From an uncultured bacterium (lineage in GTDB: Bacteria; Actinomycetota; Actinomycetes; S36-B12), in contig CAIVWG010000006.1 of assembly GCA_903909555.1 (NCBI GenBank), positions 1 to 56,073 on the forward strand: a DNA stretch of 56,073 nucleotides, in the 5' to 3' direction. Below are positions 28,533 through 39,120 of this stretch, one piece after another. Below the pieces are notes generated by a model, which was given only the letters and a program-made list of their open reading frames with translations, searched no databases and was not told the DNA's origin. Both the position numbers and the translations under genes were made by a program. Within the stretch, counting starts at the first letter, position 1. Each line of letters begins with the position of its first letter.

Positions 28533-31234
28533 TGTCCACTCCCGCCGAGCGGTACGCGGCGGCACGCGAGCGGGCCGCCCAGCCGGCGGCGTGGGCCTCC
28601 TTCCAGGAGGGCTACGACTTCCCCCTCGACGACTTCCAGGTTCGCGCCTGCCGGGCCCTGCAGCAGGGCAAGGGGGTGCTCGTGGCCGCCCCCACGGGCG
28701 CAGGCAAGACCGTGGTGGGGGAGTTCGCCGTTCACCTCGCCCTCGAGTCGGGACGCAAGTGCTTCTACACGACTCCCATCAAGGCGCTGTCGAACCAGAA
28801 GTATCACGACCTGGTGGCCCGCTACGGCGCCGATCAGATCGGCCTTCTCACGGGAGACAACTCCGTCAACGGCGAAGCGCCGGTGGTCGTCATGACCACG
28901 GAAGTCCTGCGCAACATGCTGTACTCGTCGTCCTCGACGCTCTCCGGCCTGGGCTACGTCGTCATGGACGAGGTTCACTACCTCGCCGACAGGTTCCGCG
29001 GCGGTGTGTGGGAGGAAGTCATCATTCACCTACCCGAGGACGTGCTCCTCGTGGCGCTCTCGGCCACCGTGAGCAACGCCGAGGAGTTCGGCGACTGGCT
29101 GCGCGCGGTCCGCGGGACGAACGAGATCGTGGTGGACGAGCACCGGCCCGTCCCTCTGTGGCAGCAGGTCATGATGGGAGACCGGCTCCTCGACCTCTTC
29201 GTCGACGATGAGCACAGCACCGTCAATCCCGAGCTGGTCCGGCTCGCGCGAGACGCGAGCCGAGGCGAGGCTGAGGGCCGTCGACGCGGGAGGCGGGGCC
29301 GGGATCGCTTCACCCCGTGGCGCACGGATGTCGTGGAGAAGCTGCATCACGAGCACCTGCTGCCGGGCATCACCTTCATCTTCAGCCGCGCCGGGTGCGA
29401 TGCCGCCGTTCAGCAGTGCCTGGCGAGCGGAGTTCGCCTCACCACCCCGGAGGAGCGGGCCCGCATCGAGGAGGTGGTCGAGGCACGCACCGCCGACCTG
29501 CCCCACGACGACCTCGCTGTCCTCGGCTTCGACACCTGGGTCGAGGGCCTGCGCCGGGGTGTTGCCGCGCACCATGCCGGACTCCTGCCCCTGTTCAAGG
29601 AGGTCGTGGAGGAACTCTTCCAGGAGGGCCTGGTCAAGGTGGTGTTCGCGACCGAGACGCTGGCCCTGGGCATCAACATGCCCGCGCGCAGCGTGGTCCT
29701 GGAGCGCCTCGTCAAGTGGAACGGGGAGGCACACGTCGACATCACCCCCGGGGAGTACACCCAGCTCACCGGGCGAGCCGGACGCCGCGGCATCGACGTC
29801 GAGGGAACGGCCATCACGGTCTGGCATCCCGGGCTCGATCCCAAGATGCTCGCCGGTCTGGCTTCGACGCGGACCTATCCGCTGCGGTCGAGCTTCCGCC
29901 CGTCCTACACGATGGCCGTGAACCTCGTCGAGCAGATGGGGCGGGTCCTCGCGCGCGACGTCCTGGAGACCTCGTTCGCGCAATTCCAGGCGGATCGGGC
30001 CGTGGTCGGCCTCGCCGCGCAGATTCGTCGCAATGAGGAGGCACTCGCCGGGTATCTCGCGGCCATGACGTGTCACCTCGGGGACTTCTCCGAGTACGCC
30101 GCGCTCCGCAGGGAGCTCTCGGACACCGAGAAGGAACTGCGCAGGGATCGGTCCCGCAAGGCGCGCGAGGACTCCGAGCGTGCCTTGGCGGCACTGCGCG
30201 TCGGGGACGTCGTGATCCTCCCGACGGGGCGCCGCTCAGGGCCGGCGGTGGTCGTCGCGGCGGACGAGGGGTCGCTCGGCGCGCCCGCACGCCCCGCGCT
30301 GCTCGGCATCGACCGGCAGGTGCGCCGGGTGTCCGCCGCAGACGTCATCGAGCCCCTCACACCGGTCGGGCGGCTCCGGGTCCCGCGCGACTTCTCCGCG
30401 CGATCGGCCGGTGATCGGCGCTCGCTCGCGGCGGCGTTGCGGGACTATTCCGACGACGCGCCGCGCGGCCGCAGCCGCAGGCGTGCGCGTGAGGAGCCCG
30501 AGCCCCGCATCACCGACCTCCGCGCACGCCTCCGGCAGCATCCCTGCCACGGCTGCGCCGATCGCGAGGCGCACGCCCGCTGGGCCGAGAGGTACGACCG
30601 GCTGCTCGCCGAGACCGCCTCCCTCCAGCAGCGCGTCGATTCCCGCTCGCATTCCATCGCCCGGCAGTTCGACCGCGTGTGCGACGTGCTCGTGGAGCTC
30701 GGCTACCTCGAGGGCGAGGGGGATGCCCTGGCCGTGACCGACGAAGGCCGGCTGCTCGGCCGGCTCTACACCGATCGCGACCTGCTCGTGGCCCAGTGCC
30801 TGCGCGAGGGGATCTGGTCCGCCCTGGATCCCGAGGGCCTGGTGGCCGTCGTGGCCGCCCTCGTGTACGAGGAGCGCCAGCAGGACGAGGCGCCGCGCCT
30901 CCCCGGCGGCGATATCCGTCTCGCCCTCGATGCCACCGTGCGCGCATGGGAGGACCTCCGGGAGGTCGAGGAGCGCCATCGCGTGCGCTTCCAGCGCGAC
31001 GTGCACCTGGGCTTCGTCTGGGCCGCGCACCGGTGGGCCCGGGGCGTCCGGCTGTCCAAGGTGCTCGACGAGTCCGAGCTGTCCGCCGGGGACTTCGTGC
31101 GCTGGATGCGCCAGGTGATCGACCTGCTCGACCAGGTGTCGGACGCGCTTCCGGACCAGGAAGGCCGTGCGCGGGCGCGGGCGGCCATCGCCCTGGTGGA
31201 CCGTGGCGTCATCTCCTACAGCTCGGCGCTCTGA
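28532..31234 (+). CDS. helY: Ski2-like DEAD/DEAH-box RNA helicase
   Basis: It has Walker A (AAPTGAGKT), the DEVH box (VVMDEVHYL) and SAT, and is 900 aa from ATG 28532. Confidence 0.9.
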   Translation: MSTPAERYAAARERAAQPAAWASFQEGYDFPLDDFQVRACRALQQGKGVLVAAPTGAGKTVVGEFAVHLALESGRKCFYTTPIKALSNQKYHDLVARYGADQIGLLTGDNSVNGEAPVVVMTTEVLRNMLYSSSSTLSGLGYVVMDEVHYLADRFRGGVWEEVIIHLPEDVLLVALSATVSNAEEFGDWLRAVRGTNEIVVDEHRPVPLWQQVMMGDRLLDLFVDDEHSTVNPELVRLARDASRGEAEGRRRGRRGRDRFTPWRTDVVEKLHHEHLLPGITFIFSRAGCDAAVQQCLASGVRLTTPEERARIEEVVEARTADLPHDDLAVLGFDTWVEGLRRGVAAHHAGLLPLFKEVVEELFQEGLVKVVFATETLALGINMPARSVVLERLVKWNGEAHVDITPGEYTQLTGRAGRRGIDVEGTAITVWHPGLDPKMLAGLASTRTYPLRSSFRPSYTMAVNLVEQMGRVLARDVLETSFAQFQADRAVVGLAAQIRRNEEALAGYLAAMTCHLGDFSEYAALRRELSDTEKELRRDRSRKAREDSERALAALRVGDVVILPTGRRSGPAVVVAADEGSLGAPARPALLGIDRQVRRVSAADVIEPLTPVGRLRVPRDFSARSAGDRRSLAAALRDYSDDAPRGRSRRRAREEPEPRITDLRARLRQHPCHGCADREAHARWAERYDRLLAETASLQQRVDSRSHSIARQFDRVCDVLVELGYLEGEGDALAVTDEGRLLGRLYTDRDLLVAQCLREGIWSALDPEGLVAVVAALVYEERQQDEAPRLPGGDIRLALDATVRAWEDLREVEERHRVRFQRDVHLGFVWAAHRWARGVRLSKVLDESELSAGDFVRWMRQVIDLLDQVSDALPDQEGRARARAAIALVDRGVISYSSAL

Positions 31235-31247
31235 GGACGCCTTCCGC

Positions 31248-32174
31248 CTAGGAGACAGCGTCGAGGAGCCGGCGCATCGCGGACTCGACGCCGTAGCGTC
31301 GCGCCGCGGCCATGCCACGATCGGGTGAGAGGGCCATCCGGGGCAGGGGCGGCACGCCGGGTCGCACGGCCAGCCGGACGACGCGCTCGAGGTCGCGCAG
31401 GCTCTCCTCGGAGGCCAGGAGCCGCTCGCGCAGCGCGGGAGTCATGGGCTTCGGGGACCCCGGATCCCGAGCGGCATCCAGGATCCCGTCGATGCCCCCG
31501 AAGGCCGCCACGAGCGCGGCCGCGGTCTTCTCGCCGATCCCGCGTACCCCGGGCAGGCCGTCGGAGGGATCGCCGCGGAGGATGGACAGGTCGGCGTACT
31601 GTCCCGGAGGCACCCCGAATCGCTCGCGCACCGTCATCGGATCCATCGGCGTGTAGGGACGACCCCCGCGCGACGCCGAGGTTCCGCCGGTGAAGAGCAA
31701 CGTCACGCGGTCGCTCACCAGCTGCACGAGGTCCCGGTCCCCGGAGGCGATGTCCAGGGGAGAGCGTGACCTTAGCGCCATGGTCGCGATGACATCGTCC
31801 GCCTCGCACTCCAGCGCGCCCACCCGCGGGATTCCCGTCTCGTCGAGCAGGTCGGCGAGGATGTCGACCTGGGGGGCGAGCGTGTCGGGGACTTCCTCTA
31901 CGGCAGGCGCGGCCGGGCCAGCCTCATCCTGAACTCGGTGGGTCTTGTAGGTCGGCACCAGGTCCACGCGCCACTGCGGGCGCCAGTCGTCGTCCCAGCA
32001 GGCCACGATCGACGTCGACCCGCGTTCGCGTGCCAGGGCGCCGACCGTGTCGAGGAAGCCGCGCACGGCATTGACGGGCTGCCCGTCCGGGCCGGTGATG
32101 GACTCCGGCAGCGCGAAGTAGGCCCGGTAGTACAGCGAGGCGGAGTCGAGGAGCAGGGCGCTCACGCCCGCCAT
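31248..32174 (-). CDS. 5'-3' exonuclease (Pol I N-terminal/FEN-like)
   Basis: It has LLLDSASLYYRAYFAL, SGDRDLVQL and GVRGIGEKTA (H3TH). I chose ATG 32174 inside the longer ORF. Confidence 0.85.
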   Translation of the reverse strand: MAGVSALLLDSASLYYRAYFALPESITGPDGQPVNAVRGFLDTVGALARERGSTSIVACWDDDWRPQWRVDLVPTYKTHRVQDEAGPAAPAVEEVPDTLAPQVDILADLLDETGIPRVGALECEADDVIATMALRSRSPLDIASGDRDLVQLVSDRVTLLFTGGTSASRGGRPYTPMDPMTVRERFGVPPGQYADLSILRGDPSDGLPGVRGIGEKTAAALVAAFGGIDGILDAARDPGSPKPMTPALRERLLASEESLRDLERVVRLAVRPGVPPLPRMALSPDRGMAAARRYGVESAMRRLLDAVS

Positions 32175-32220
32175 GGTGCCGTAGCGCGCTCCGCGGCGGG
32201 CGTGGGGGTAGCGTGAGGGA

Positions 32221-33345
32221 ATGAGCCTCGCGCCCGCGCATGCCGACCTGGCCCATCGCCTCGACCAGGCCTCCGTCCGAGCCGACGAACTCGGCCTGAC
32301 CGCTCTCCTCGTCACCCCGGGCGCAGACCTGCGCTACCTCACCGGGTACGACGCGGTCCCGCTCGAGCGGCTGACCTGCCTCGTGGTCCGCGGCCACGGG
32401 GGTAGCGCGGTGCTCGTCGTCCCGGCGCTCGAGCGCCCCGCAGCCGAGGCCAGCCCGGTGTCATCGCTGGGCATCGAGGTGGTGACCTGGGGCGAGACGG
32501 AGGATCCCTACGCGCTCGTGGCCCGGCTCGTCGGCGCCGGAGAGCGCGTGGGCCTCGATGACCGCATGTGGGCGGCGAAGGTGCTAGGCCTCAGGCGCGC
32601 CATGCCCGGTGTCCACCAGGAACTCGCGGGCGCCGCCATCAATGACCTGCGCATGCGCAAGTCAGGCGAGGAGGTGGCCTCGCTGCGGGCGGCTGGCGAA
32701 GCGATCGACCGCGTGCACGCCCAGGTTCCCGCGATGCTGCGCCCCGGGCGGACCGAGGCCGAGGTGGCACGAGACATCGCGGAGGCGATCCTCGCGGAGG
32801 GCCACGCGACCGTGGACTTCACCATCGTGGCCTCGGGCCCCCACAGCGCGAGTCCGCACCACGAGGTCTCGGGCAGGACCCTGCGCGTAGGGGATCCGGT
32901 GGTGGTCGACATCGGGGGCACCATGCCCGACGGATACTGCAGCGACTCGACCCGTACCTATTCGCTCGGCGAGCCCGGGGCCGAGTACGCCGAGCACTAC
33001 GCCGCCCTCCAGGAGGCGCAGTGGTCCGCGGTGGAGTGCGTGCGCCCCGGCATCGCGTGCGAGGACGTCGACGCGGTGGCGCGCGGAGTGCTCGCGGGAA
33101 GCGGGCTCGGGGACTACTTCATCCATCGCACAGGGCACGGGATCGGGCTGGAGACCCATGAGGAGCCCTACATCGTCGCCGGCAATGCCCTGGCGCTGGA
33201 TCCCGGAATGGTCTTCAGCGTGGAGCCGGGCTTCTACGTCGAGGGCCGATTCGGAGCGCGGATCGAGGACATCGTCGCCTGCGGGGACTCCGGACCGCTC
33301 GTGCTCAACAACCGGCCGCGGGACCTCTGCGTCGTGGACGTCTGA
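32221..33345 (+). CDS. M24 family Xaa-Pro dipeptidase/aminopeptidase
   Basis: It has HRTGHGIGLETHE and the VEPGFY...ARIED metal-ligand motifs. Confidence 0.85.
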   Translation: MSLAPAHADLAHRLDQASVRADELGLTALLVTPGADLRYLTGYDAVPLERLTCLVVRGHGGSAVLVVPALERPAAEASPVSSLGIEVVTWGETEDPYALVARLVGAGERVGLDDRMWAAKVLGLRRAMPGVHQELAGAAINDLRMRKSGEEVASLRAAGEAIDRVHAQVPAMLRPGRTEAEVARDIAEAILAEGHATVDFTIVASGPHSASPHHEVSGRTLRVGDPVVVDIGGTMPDGYCSDSTRTYSLGEPGAEYAEHYAALQEAQWSAVECVRPGIACEDVDAVARGVLAGSGLGDYFIHRTGHGIGLETHEEPYIVAGNALALDPGMVFSVEPGFYVEGRFGARIEDIVACGDSGPLVLNNRPRDLCVVDV

Positions 33346-33358
33346 GGGGGCGTGGGGC

Positions 33359-34519
33359 ATGGCCGCAGGAGTGACGGACATCGCGTCGGACTCCCCGGAG
33401 ATCGACGACCTCCTCGCCCTCGTCCGGGACATCGCGGAGAGCGAGCTCGCGCCCCTCGCCGCCGACGCCGAGGAACGCGGGGAGTTCCCTCGGGACTCCT
33501 TGCGCGTCCTGGGCAGGGCGGGCCTCATGTCGCTCACCCAGCCCGAGGAGTACGGCGGCGGAGGCCTGCCCTACGAGCCCTACCTGCGCGTGCTCGAGGA
33601 GGTGTCCCGCCACTGGCTCACGGTGGGCATCAGCGTGAGCGTGCACAGCCTCGCGGTGTTCCCGCTCCTCGAGGCCGGGACGCCGGAGCAGAAGGCCGCA
33701 TGGCTGCCGACGATGCTGTCGGGGGAGACCCTGGGCGCCTACTGCCTCTCCGAGGCGCACTCCGGCTCTGATGCCGCCGCGCTGCGCACCCGGGCGGAGC
33801 GCGATGGCGGCGACTACGTCGTCACCGGTGCCAAGGCCTGGATCACGCACGGCGGGGTCGCGGACTTCTACACCGTCATGGCCCGCACCTCCGACGATGG
33901 CCACCGGGGCATCTCCTGCCTGGTCGTGCCCGCCGACAGTGCCGGGCTGTCCTTCGCCGAGCCGGAGCGCAAGATGGGTGCGACCGCGTCGCGCACCGCC
34001 GGCGTCATCCTCGACGGCGTGCGCGTGCCCGCAGGGCACCGGATCGGACCCGAGGGCGCCGGCTTCCCCATCGCCCTCGCGGCACTCGACGCCGGGAGAC
34101 TCGGAATCGCCGCGTGCGCCGTCGGCCTCGCGCAGGCCGCCCTCGACGCCGCCACGGCGTATGCCTGCGACCGTCGGCAGTTCGGTCGGCCCATCGCGGA
34201 CTTCCAGGGACTGCAGTTCATGCTCGCGGATATGGCCACGCACGTCGAGGCGGCCCGGGCGCTCTATCGCGAGGCAGCACGGCGCAAGGACCGTGGGGAG
34301 TCCTTCAGCCGCCAGGCCGCCATGGCCAAGCTCTTCGCCACGGACACGGCGATGAGGGTGACCACCGACGCGGTCCAGGTCTTCGGCGGCTACGGGTACA
34401 CCCGGGACTTCCCGGTCGAGCGCTACTTCCGCGAGGCCAAGGTGCTCCAGATCGTGGAGGGCACCAACCAGATCCAGCGCATGGTCATCGCTCGAGACCT
34501 CGTCGCGTCGCAGCGATGA
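33359..34519 (+). CDS. Acyl-CoA dehydrogenase
   Basis: It has a GAYCLSEAHSGSDAAAL segment, QVFGGYGYTRDFPVERYFRE, and KVLQIVEGTNQIQ at the C-terminus. Confidence 0.88.
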   Translation: MAAGVTDIASDSPEIDDLLALVRDIAESELAPLAADAEERGEFPRDSLRVLGRAGLMSLTQPEEYGGGGLPYEPYLRVLEEVSRHWLTVGISVSVHSLAVFPLLEAGTPEQKAAWLPTMLSGETLGAYCLSEAHSGSDAAALRTRAERDGGDYVVTGAKAWITHGGVADFYTVMARTSDDGHRGISCLVVPADSAGLSFAEPERKMGATASRTAGVILDGVRVPAGHRIGPEGAGFPIALAALDAGRLGIAACAVGLAQAALDAATAYACDRRQFGRPIADFQGLQFMLADMATHVEAARALYREAARRKDRGESFSRQAAMAKLFATDTAMRVTTDAVQVFGGYGYTRDFPVERYFREAKVLQIVEGTNQIQRMVIARDLVASQR

Positions 34520-36138
34520 GCGCGCAGGGAGACGGCTCCGGGCGGAGCCTCCTCCTGCTGGGCGGGCACATCTACGCGCCGCGGGACCCGTTCGCGACCG
34601 CGATGCTCACCCAGGGCGGCACGATCGCGTGGATCGGCGATGACGATGCCGCGCACGCCTATGCCGATGAGGTCGACGAGGTGGTGCACCTCGACGGCGC
34701 GCTTGTGGCTCCGGCGTTCGTGGACGCCCACGTTCACCTGACGGCACTCGGCCTGGCCCTGAGCAGCCTCGACCTGTCAGGCGTCACCGGAGCCGACGAC
34801 CTGCTTGCGCGCCTTCGGGCCGGATCCGCCGAGAGCTCCGGGGTCATCCTGGGCCGCGGGTGGGACGACTCCGGCTGGGAGGAGCCGCGGATTCCGACGC
34901 GCACCGAGATCGACACAGTCGTCCGCGGGCGCCCGACCTACCTCACCCGGGTCGACGAGCACTCCGCGCTCGCATCGAGCGCGCTCCTCGCCCGGGTTCC
35001 CGGGGTGGAGTCACTCGACGGCTTCGACCCGGACGGCCCACTGCGCCGCGACGCTCACCATGCTGTCCGCGCCATCGCGCTCACCAGCGTGGGGCCGGAC
35101 GAGCGCAGGAATGCCCAGCGGGTGGCTCTCGACCTGGCCGCGCGGCGCGGCATCGCGTGCGTCCACGAGATGGCCGGGCCCTCCCTCAGCAGCGAGGACG
35201 ACCTCCGGGATGCGCTGTCCCTCGGCGCCGAGCCGGGGATGCCCGACGTGATCGGCTACTGGGGCGAGTTGGAGGCCATCGAGCGCGCGCGGGATCTCGG
35301 GGCGCACGGCGCCGCCGGGGACCTGTGCGTCGATGGATCGCTGGGGTCCCACACCGCGTGCCTGCGCGCCGCCTACGAGGACCGACCGGGCACCGTCGGC
35401 GCCGACTATCTCCACGTCGAGCAGGTGGCCCGCCACGTGGTCGCCAGCACGCGCGCCGGAATCCAGGCCGGCTTCCACGTGATCGGGGACCGGGCCGCCG
35501 ACATCGTGGTCGACGGCCTGCTGAGCGCCGCGGACACCGTCGGTGCAGATGCCGTGCGCACATGTCGCCACCGCCTGGAGCACGTGGAGATGCTCGATGA
35601 CCGCCACATCCGGGTGCTCGCCGACCTCGCTGTCGTGGCGAGCGTCCAGCCGGCCTTCGATGCGGAGTGGGGAGGGGAGCACGGCATGTACGCGGCGCGG
35701 CTGGGGCGCGGACGCGCCCTCACCCTCAACCCCTTCGCCGCCATGAGCGCAGCGGGCGTGTGCCTCGCGCTGGGGTCCGACGCGCCGGTGACGCCGCTGG
35801 ACCCCTGGGGCGCCGTGCGGGCCTCCGCCTTCCATCGCAATCCCCACCATCGCGTGAGCGTGCGGGCGGCGTTCGCGGCGCACACCCGCGGCGGCCGACG
35901 CGCCGCGCGGGAGGAGGCCGCGCAGCCGGGGGTCCTGTCGGCCGGTGCGCCCGCGACCTACGCCGTGTGGCAGGTCGATAACCTCGCCGTGCAGGCACCC
36001 GATGAGCGCATCGCGGCCTGGAGCACCGACCCGCGGTCGGGGACACCGGGCCTTCCCGCGCTCGAAGGAGCACGTCCCGACTGTGCCCGCACGGTCGTCT
36101 CCGGGGTCACGATCTACGACCGGGGATCCCTGGCGTGA
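34516..36138 (+). CDS. Amidohydrolase-family metal-dependent hydrolase (amidohydrolase 3-like)
   Basis: It has FVDAHVHL and a late HRLEHVE motif. The ATG overlaps the stop codon of the preceding gene. Confidence 0.8.
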   Translation: MSAQGDGSGRSLLLLGGHIYAPRDPFATAMLTQGGTIAWIGDDDAAHAYADEVDEVVHLDGALVAPAFVDAHVHLTALGLALSSLDLSGVTGADDLLARLRAGSAESSGVILGRGWDDSGWEEPRIPTRTEIDTVVRGRPTYLTRVDEHSALASSALLARVPGVESLDGFDPDGPLRRDAHHAVRAIALTSVGPDERRNAQRVALDLAARRGIACVHEMAGPSLSSEDDLRDALSLGAEPGMPDVIGYWGELEAIERARDLGAHGAAGDLCVDGSLGSHTACLRAAYEDRPGTVGADYLHVEQVARHVVASTRAGIQAGFHVIGDRAADIVVDGLLSAADTVGADAVRTCRHRLEHVEMLDDRHIRVLADLAVVASVQPAFDAEWGGEHGMYAARLGRGRALTLNPFAAMSAAGVCLALGSDAPVTPLDPWGAVRASAFHRNPHHRVSVRAAFAAHTRGGRRAAREEAAQPGVLSAGAPATYAVWQVDNLAVQAPDERIAAWSTDPRSGTPGLPALEGARPDCARTVVSGVTIYDRGSLA

Positions 36139-37730
36139 CCCCCGAGACAGGCCCCGAGCCGAGCACCGAGCCGAGCACCGAGCCGCTGGAGCGCCCGCCT
36201 GCCGTGCACATCCCGGCCTGGATCCGTGCCGCGCTCGCCATCTCGTCCGGGGTGCTGCTGGCGATGGCGTTCCCCCCGGTCGGCGCGTCGCTGCTCGCCC
36301 CCGTCGCGGTGGCCCTGCTCGTGCTCGCGACGTACCGCGTGCGAGCCGGGTGGGGCGCGCTGCTGGGCCTCGTGCAGGGAGCGCTGTGCTTCGCCATCCT
36401 GCTGCGCTGGATGGCGGTCGTGGGCACGGACGCCTGGATCCTCCTCACCGCACTGTGCGCGGGATGGATGGCGCTTCTCGGCTGGGGACAGGCCCTCGTG
36501 ACGCGGCTGCGCTGGTGGCCGCTGTGGGTGGCGTGCCTCTGGGTGGCGCAGGAGGCGCTGCGGGATCGCATTCCCCTGGGCGGATTCACCTGGGGCAGGC
36601 TCGCGTTCGCGCAGACCGCGACCACCCTCACCCCCTGGGCATCGATCGGCGGCGCACCCGCGGTGACGTTCGCGACGGCGCTCGCGGGTGCCGTCTTCGC
36701 GTTCCTCGTCGTCGTGCTGCTCGCCCGGCAGCCCCAGTGGCGGTCCTGGGCGGCGTCGGCGGTCGCGGGCCTGGTGCTGCTGGCACTGGCCGGTCTCGCG
36801 ATCCCGCGACCCACCGAGGGCCAGGACGAGGGCGGCCCGGCCGAGCTCACCGCCGCGGTGATCCAGGGGAGCGTGCCGACCCTGGGCGTCTCCACCACCG
36901 ATGACCGTCAAGAGGTCTTCGACCGGCACGTCACCCAGACGTTCGCCCTGGCGGACGAGGTCGAGGCCGGTGTCGCACCGCAGCCGGACTTCGTGGTGTG
37001 GCCCGAGAACGCCGTGGACTTCGACCCCTACACGACTCCACCGGTGGCCGAGGCCATCAGCGCGGCCGCGGACGCGATCGGGGCCCCCGTCCTCGTGGGC
37101 GCGATCATCGACGCGCCCGGGGACCCGTCCATGATCGCCAACGTGGGCATTGCCTGGGACCCGGTCGGCGGGCCCGCTGATCTCTACCTCAAGCGTCACC
37201 CCGTGCCCTTCGGGGAGTACGTCCCCCTGCGCCCGCTCATCGCGCCCCTGATCGGACGCCTGGACCGCCTGCGCCGCGACATGAAGGCGGGGGAGGAGAC
37301 GGGAGTCCTTCAACTGGGTGACGCGCGCATCGGCAACGTCATCTGCTTCGAGATCGCCTACGACGACATCGTCCACGAGGCCGTCGTCGGGGGCGGGCGC
37401 ATCCTCGTCGTCCAGACCAACAACGCGACCTTCGCCGGACTCGGCCAGCCCGAGCAGCAGTTGGCCATGTCCCGGCTGCGCGCCGTCGAGCACGGCAGGG
37501 CCGTGCTCGTTGCCGCCACATCGGGCATCAGCGCGGTCATCGGACCGGACGGATCGGTCATCACGGAGATTGCCGAGGGCGACGCGGGAGCGCTCGTCGA
37601 GACGGTGCCCCTCCGCGATTCCCTCACGATCGCGGATCGGCTCGGGGCCTTCCCGGAGTGGCTGGCCACCGCCGTGGCCGCGGCTGCCGTCGCGACAGCA
37701 CTCGTGAGGCGCCGGGGGAGTGGCTGGTGA
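36135..37730 (+). CDS. lnt: Apolipoprotein N-acyltransferase
   Basis: It has a polytopic N-terminal domain plus a CN-hydrolase domain (VVWPENA, ICFE). The GTGA start overlaps the amidohydrolase stop codon. Confidence 0.88.
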   Translation: MTPETGPEPSTEPSTEPLERPPAVHIPAWIRAALAISSGVLLAMAFPPVGASLLAPVAVALLVLATYRVRAGWGALLGLVQGALCFAILLRWMAVVGTDAWILLTALCAGWMALLGWGQALVTRLRWWPLWVACLWVAQEALRDRIPLGGFTWGRLAFAQTATTLTPWASIGGAPAVTFATALAGAVFAFLVVVLLARQPQWRSWAASAVAGLVLLALAGLAIPRPTEGQDEGGPAELTAAVIQGSVPTLGVSTTDDRQEVFDRHVTQTFALADEVEAGVAPQPDFVVWPENAVDFDPYTTPPVAEAISAAADAIGAPVLVGAIIDAPGDPSMIANVGIAWDPVGGPADLYLKRHPVPFGEYVPLRPLIAPLIGRLDRLRRDMKAGEETGVLQLGDARIGNVICFEIAYDDIVHEAVVGGGRILVVQTNNATFAGLGQPEQQLAMSRLRAVEHGRAVLVAATSGISAVIGPDGSVITEIAEGDAGALVETVPLRDSLTIADRLGAFPEWLATAVAAAAVATALVRRRGSGW

Positions 37731-37757
37731 CGTCGCGCCTCGCCTAGGCTCGATACC

Positions 37758-38600
37758 GTGATCGAATCGGACGAGGCGGCGAACGGACCGGGTACGGCCC
37801 GGGGCCCGCTGGAGCGCGTCCTTGTCATCATCCCCACCTACAACGAGATCGCCAGCCTGCCGGGAATCCTCGATCGCGTCCGCGCCAGCGTCCCCGGGGC
37901 CGACGTCCTCGTCGTCGACGACGGCTCCCCGGACGGCACCGGCGAACTGGCCGACGACCGGGCGGCCGCCGATGAGCGCATCCACGTCCTGCACCGCGCC
38001 GAGAAGGCCGGCCTGGGGGCGGCCTACCTCGCGGGCTTCGCGTGGGGGCTGGAGCAGGGCTACGACGCCCTCGTCGAGATGGACGCCGACGGATCCCACC
38101 GGCCCGAGGAGCTACCCCGACTCCTCGACGCGCTGGAGGAGGCCGACCTCGTCCTGGGCTCGCGGTGGGTGCCCGGGGGCACGGTGCTCAACTGGCCGGC
38201 CTCCCGCAAGGTCCTCTCGCGCGGAGGCAACCTCTACACGCGCCTCGCGCTCGGCATCCCCCTGCGCGACGCGACCGGCGGCTACCGGGCGTTCCGCGCG
38301 GGGACCCTGCGCGCGCTGGGCCTCCACGACGTGGCGTCGGAGGGCTACTGCTTCCAGGTCGACCTGGCCTGGCGGGCCCTGCAGCAGGGACTAGTCGTGC
38401 GCGAGGTCCCCATCACGTTCGTCGAACGTGCCGCCGGCACCTCGAAGATGAGCCGCGACATCGTGCTCGAGGCACTGTGGCGCGTGACCCAGTGGGGCGC
38501 GGCGCATCGGTGGGCGCAGGCGCGCGGTGCCCTCGACGGCGGGAGGTCGCGCTCCGCGGCCCCCCGAGCGCTGGGCCGAGCCCCCAGCAGCAGGCGCTGA
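37758..38600 (+). CDS. ppm1: Polyprenol-phosphate mannose synthase (GT2)
   Basis: It has [16 protein letters not shown] and EMDADGSH motifs. Confidence 0.88.
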   Translation: MIESDEAANGPGTARGPLERVLVIIPTYNEIASLPGILDRVRASVPGADVLVVDDGSPDGTGELADDRAAADERIHVLHRAEKAGLGAAYLAGFAWGLEQGYDALVEMDADGSHRPEELPRLLDALEEADLVLGSRWVPGGTVLNWPASRKVLSRGGNLYTRLALGIPLRDATGGYRAFRAGTLRALGLHDVASEGYCFQVDLAWRALQQGLVVREVPITFVERAAGTSKMSRDIVLEALWRVTQWGAAHRWAQARGALDGGRSRSAAPRALGRAPSSRR

Positions 38601-38601
38601 C

Positions 38602-39042
38602 GTGTCGACGGGCGCGAAGGTCCTGCTCGTGCTGTTCGGATACCCGATCGCCGAACTCATCGTGGCGATCGGCGTGGCGAGCGTCGTGGGCTGGTGGTGG
38701 GTCCTCGTGGCCTTCGTCGTCTGCATCCCGGCGGGGATCGGCATCATGCGCTACGGGGCGATGGCCACCGGTCGCACCTGGTCGGCGGCCGTGGCGACCC
38801 TGCGCCCCGACGGCGCGGGCGCCTCGCCACCCCTCGCCGTGGAGGCAGGCCCGGGGCGTCCGGCGGCCTCGCCGGCCTCGGCAGCCCAGCGCTCGCTGCT
38901 CATCCCGGCCGGCGCGCTCATCGCGGTCCCGGGCTTCCTCACCGACATCGCCGGCCTCGTGCTCCTGCTGCCGCCGGTGCGTCGCCTCATCGCCCGGCGA
39001 CTCGAGGCGGCGATGCGCCGCTCCCTGCCGCCGTCGGCCTGA
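38602..39042 (+). CDS. fxsA: FxsA family membrane protein
   Basis: It has an N-terminal pair of TM helices and the PGFLTDIAGLVLLLPPVRR signature. The GTG at 38602 is inside the 38527 ORF. Confidence 0.75.
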   Translation: MSTGAKVLLVLFGYPIAELIVAIGVASVVGWWWVLVAFVVCIPAGIGIMRYGAMATGRTWSAAVATLRPDGAGASPPLAVEAGPGRPAASPASAAQRSLLIPAGALIAVPGFLTDIAGLVLLLPPVRRLIARRLEAAMRRSLPPSA

Positions 39043-39070
39043 CGGCGGGGTGCGGGGGAGCCGGTCATGA

Positions 39071-39086
39071 TCGTACAATTGTTCGA
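39071..39086 (+). promoter_or_regulatory. Candidate LexA (SOS) box
   Basis: TCGTAC-AATT-GTTCGA matches the actinobacterial consensus TCGAAC-N4-GTTCGA at 11 of 12 positions. It overlaps a TACAAT -10-like hexamer (39074-39079) in an AT-rich patch. Confidence 0.3.
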
Positions 39087-39120
39087 ATGATCGGTCAAAC
39101 CTCCCGCCGGGGGAACCCGG

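Noticed and set aside
36156-36185. 2.5 tandem copies of the 12-mer gagccgagcacc
   Set aside because: The repeat lies within the lnt N-terminus and encodes a PEPSTEPSTEP low-complexity linker. It is not a CRISPR or other intergenic repeat array.
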